DNA of 38,498 nt, from the NCBI GenBank assembly GCA_008632985.1, contig QPGO01000366.1:1-38498 (forward strand), in the 5' to 3' direction. A model generated the notes under the pieces. It ran no database searches, was not told the DNA's origin, and worked only from the letters and a program-made list of their open reading frames with translations. The stretch's first letter is position 1. Each line of letters begins with the position of its first letter. Origin of the DNA: Psammoneis japonica. Its lineage: Eukaryota. A program made the position numbers and the translations under genes. Shown here piece after piece: positions 34,894 to 38,498 of the stretch.

Positions 34894-35324
34894 CGAACAC
34901 TCTGTATGTAATGAGGTGAAGCGACGGCTTCAGGGCTCATGGTAGTGCCGGCAGGTCTATCTACGCACCGCACAAAGATCGCACAGACGACGGGTGGCAG
35001 ATTTGCAAAGCAAGATTAGCATTTCTATTACTTTATTCACATATTAATATGTTTATGTTAGTGTTCTTCTTCCCTAAATAAAGTTGACATGACCGTTATT
35101 TGATGACGCGGCACGAAATCGGATCTGCTTTGTGCGTGCGTGCCAGCCTGCCATCCAGCCTGCTCATGATGGATCTTCTCGACATTGTCTTGTGTTTTTG
35201 AGTTTCGGGTTTGGCAACGAAGACGACCATATCATAGTCTCAAGAGTAACCGAGGAGGAAACTGAAACGGGAAGTTCAAAGTACCAGACCGAGCCATAGG
35301 ACGCTTTGTGACTCTTTTCAAACG

Positions 35325-36045
35325 ATGTGGGGTACAAAGATAGGAGATATCCGCTCTGACATGCCTTCTCGCAGCGGTATGTTTGTGTGACTCTTTTGTT
35401 GTTGTTCCCAAGCCACGCCGCCTTTGCAAGAGCGCCTTATTTTCTACCAAGGAAAGCGAAGCAGAACGTTTGCTTCGCATGGCACGAGAGCTCCGTGCCC
35501 AAGCGGAAGCAGACGAGCACGCGGTCCACGCTGACCTCTTGACGAAAAAGGCAAAGCGCGACGAGGAAACCGACAGGGTCATTGATGGCCTCTTCTTTTC
35601 TGACAGGCCTCTTCTAGATAAACTCCGCGAGAAAAAGTGCTCTGCCGACATGCTGGTCCGTGTCGTGGACCGTCTACACGAACGAGAGGTCAATGCCAAA
35701 GGATTGGAACATGTGGAACCCTCTTTGCACCACGACCATACCAAATTTCACAGAGTCGCCGAGGTCAATCAGGAAGAGTTGTCTCGCGTCGAGGGCCTGA
35801 TTGATTCTCTCATACAAGCTTGTGCTACGTTGGACGACGAAATGCTGGCGGAGCGCCAGGAACGTGGCGTCAAGCATATTCCTCATGCAGAGACGCAGCA
35901 TTGGCATCTGGGAGAGGCCGCAAAGGCGCTCGAGGATAAGGTGAAAGAGATGAGGAGGGAGCATGACGAGCAATTTCAAAAGAGGCTCGAATCATTTTAC
36001 GAAGCGCAGCGTAAGAAAGATTTGCCTCCTCCGAAAAAGAAGTAA
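35325..36045 (+). CDS. Hypothetical coiled-coil protein with signal and transit peptide (putative plastid)
   Basis: ISALTCLLAAVCLCDS|FVVVPKPRR followed by a charged helical region; ATG at 35325 needs one indel; divergent from dnaG. Confidence 0.7.
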
Positions 36046-36487
36046 GGCGTTAAAAAGCCAAAATATCGGACGAAAACCCGAAGAGGGAAGAAAGGCTCGA
36101 TGGCTAGGAACCATAATACTTTATGCTACCAGAGAATGTGCAAAGTAAAGAATTTAATTAAAGAAGCGAGATGCAGTAGTTTACCGTATTGATTACTCTT
36201 TTGAAAAGCATTCGTATCAAAGAGATTTCTTCACTAGCCCTACCTGTCGATCATGAGCCGCTCGAGCACATTCAACATGGAGCAGCATTTTTTATTGTAG
36301 TCGTACGACAAGACAGAGACTCAACTTACATTTCACTTTTACCATTACGGGCTCGCTATCTTGTGAAGCAAAGACTAACGGAACAAGGAGCTAACAGAAC
36401 ATGCCGGTACGGTAGGACGGCGAGAACCCAGAACCCGATGCATGCGCGTTGGGTGCGCGATTGAAAGTGACAGGTTGATGATTGACG

Positions 36488-37973
36488 ATGCTGGATGCGG
36501 TGATGGATGATGACGGATTATTGTTGCTTGATGTTGTTCTAAAGGAGAGGTTCCAGAGAGGAAACCAAGATATAAAGAAGACAGCTTTTGGATCATGCAT
36601 CGCTGGTAGGGGAAATGGTACATATTCAGCCTCCTATGATTTCTGCCAATCGACTCAGAAACACTCTATTTCTCTTTGGTGTGTATACTCTAGCGCGACA
36701 CGTTTCAACCGGGCTTTCGGATATCAAAACGAAAAGTTCGAGAACGTTGGTTTCGACGGGATTACAAAACTTGGGAAACACATGCTATATGAATGCTCAG
36801 CTTCAATGTGCCTTCCATATTCCTCGGATTCGACAGCTCATAATTCGCGAGCCTCCTACATCTTCGAACGAGGACGCTGAACTTGATACCAAGACGGAGG
36901 ACGGCTCTCAAACGAGCGTTGCCCTCAAGGCGCTGTGCGATGTCTTTGTACAGATGGAGAAGTCGTCCAAGACGGACTTTGCTTCTTCCGTAGCACCAAG
37001 AATGCTTTGCCATGATCTGGGTATTCATGTAATGGAGCAGCAGGATTCACAAGAGTTCTGGAAGCTGTTATTGCCTGCTCTGCAACATCCGAAACTGTTG
37101 GATTTGTATCAGGGAGCTTATGAGGATTACATATCTGCTGTCGACGGAGTAGAAAGGAAAGGCGGCGAGAGGAACCTTTTCTAGATTTGTCTTTAGAAGT
37201 CAAAAGGTATGATTTTCATCAATGACGTTCGAGCTCCCCTTAATTGTCGCAATGCTTTCAATGTTTCTTTGTCTCTGTCTTGTTCATTGATGGGTTTCAA
37301 AGTCGCTCCGCTCTTGCGTCTATAAAAGGGATGTTTGGTGCTCCCGAGCTTTTAAGCGAAAAGGAAGGAAACGGGTGGAGGCCCGAAAGGGGTGCTGATA
37401 AGGTAGATGCTTTGAAAGGATCCTTGTTGAAATCCCACGGGCTGCCATCCGTTCTTCAGCTTCATCTAAAGCGGTTTCAATATGACTGGAATACGGGCAT
37501 AATGAGCAAATCAATGACCGCTTCTCGTTCCCAAAGGTGCTGGACCTTACGGAGGTATGCAGTGATATTCCAGCGAAGCAGCTGCGCGGCAACAATGCAG
37601 TTTACGATTTGCAGTCGGTGGTTGTACACGTGGGCGAGTACGGCTCAGGCCATTACTATTCATACGTCCGTCCTGAGATAGAGGAAGACTTGGTATCGTT
37701 TCAATGACCATGAAGTTACGGAGGTGAGCTTTCGTGATATGGTTACGGATGCCTATGGAGCTGGGGGAGGAATAACCGATGACACCGGTTCTCCCAATGN
37801 CACAATACAGAAATCCGCTGAGTCGCCTTATAGGCCGGCAGGATCATGGATGGGGTGGCCGAACAAGCAGTGCGTATATGCTTCAGTACACAAAACGAAG
37901 TGACGTTCCTATGCTCTACGGGCAGATTGAAAGGATGGAACAACCTTTTCGCTCTTGTTGGGAAGCAAGCTAA
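36488..37973 (+). CDS. Ubiquitin-specific protease (peptidase C19)
   Basis: Cys box GLQNLGNTCYMNAQLQ, EQQDSQEF, LQLHLKRF, His box VVVHVGEYGSGHYYSY, WYRFND, SAYMLQY; intron 37207-37302; frameshifts; start uncertain. Confidence 0.9.
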
Positions 37974-38038
37974 AGACTTTTAAAAACAATACCCGTTCTG
38001 TTTCCTGAACGAGTTCCATACTATATGATATCATTTCT

Positions 38039-38498
38039 TCACTGTGAGAGATTACCGGTCGACCCAACAAAGAGGTCTGCTCTCTCAGTCTTCCCTTGGG
38101 GCCACACGTTTGTAGCTATTCGTAACATGTCATTTGCAAGTGGGGCAAGAAACACCATGTGCTCTCCAGTGACGGGGTGGGAGTTCTAGCTTTTGCGCGT
38201 GTAAGAGTGGACGCCGTATTGATGCGTTTTGGATAATCTCTTGTTCCAGTCTGACAACCCATACACATCGTCCCCGTACTGGTTGTGTCGATCTTGTAGG
38301 TGAACGCGAATCTGATGAGTACGACCAGTTTCAATAGAATCTGCACTACGCTCAGCTTTCCGTCAAAGGCAAGGCTGTCAACAAAAGAAGAGCCCGACGT
38401 CCCGCAGTCGAATTACTAGGGATTCGATCTTTGGGAGCCATACGATTCCTATTTTTTGGTGTGGATCTGAAAACTCTCATGCGTTGTCGATACGTCGG
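38039..38498 (-). CDS. RluA-family pseudouridine synthase, 3' part (runs off the window; missed by ORF track)
   Basis: Minus strand encodes ETGRTHQIRVHLQ (core at 38300-38332), GDDVYG, PLLHA, HPVTGEHMVFLAPL across frameshifts; stop position uncertain. Confidence 0.85.

Noticed and set aside
30289..38498. Frameshifts in dnaG, USP, RluA and PhyH genes as pseudogenisation or programmed frameshifting
   Set aside because: Scattered 1-bp indels in nearly all genes with otherwise intact motifs are best explained by assembly consensus errors; cannot be proven without reads.

Overview
Eukaryotic nuclear DNA, most likely a diatom (inferred from 83-100 bp GT-AG introns, ASAFAP-like targeting peptides and a diatom-type Ty1/copia element). 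The assembly has two N gaps and many 1-bp indels. Contents in order: a complete young Ty1/copia LTR retrotransposon (378-6515, minus strand, 5-bp TSD GATCG) inserted in a degenerate ~170-bp tandem repeat; a nest of decayed transposons (7.1-15.5 kb); a PhyH-like dioxygenase gene; gene fragments (Rossmann-fold N-terminus, cpn60 C-terminus); a 342-bp tandem duplication; a two-exon low-complexity gene; a second decayed repeat block (25.6-28.9 kb); then PfkB kinase, DnaG-type primase, a putative plastid protein, a USP deubiquitinase and the 3' part of an RluA pseudouridine synthase. The main finding is an apparent repeat-targeted mutational process converting TpA to TpG/CpA (A:T to G:C on both strands), the reverse of fungal RIP. 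TpA is almost absent from the transposon DNA, all 11 substitutions between the two LTRs fit this class, and conserved Tyr residues of RT, RNase H, integrase, Gag and a transposase have become Cys or His. Neighbouring housekeeping genes keep normal TpA. The copia primer-binding site also appears to match the D-arm of initiator tRNA-Met rather than its 3' end.
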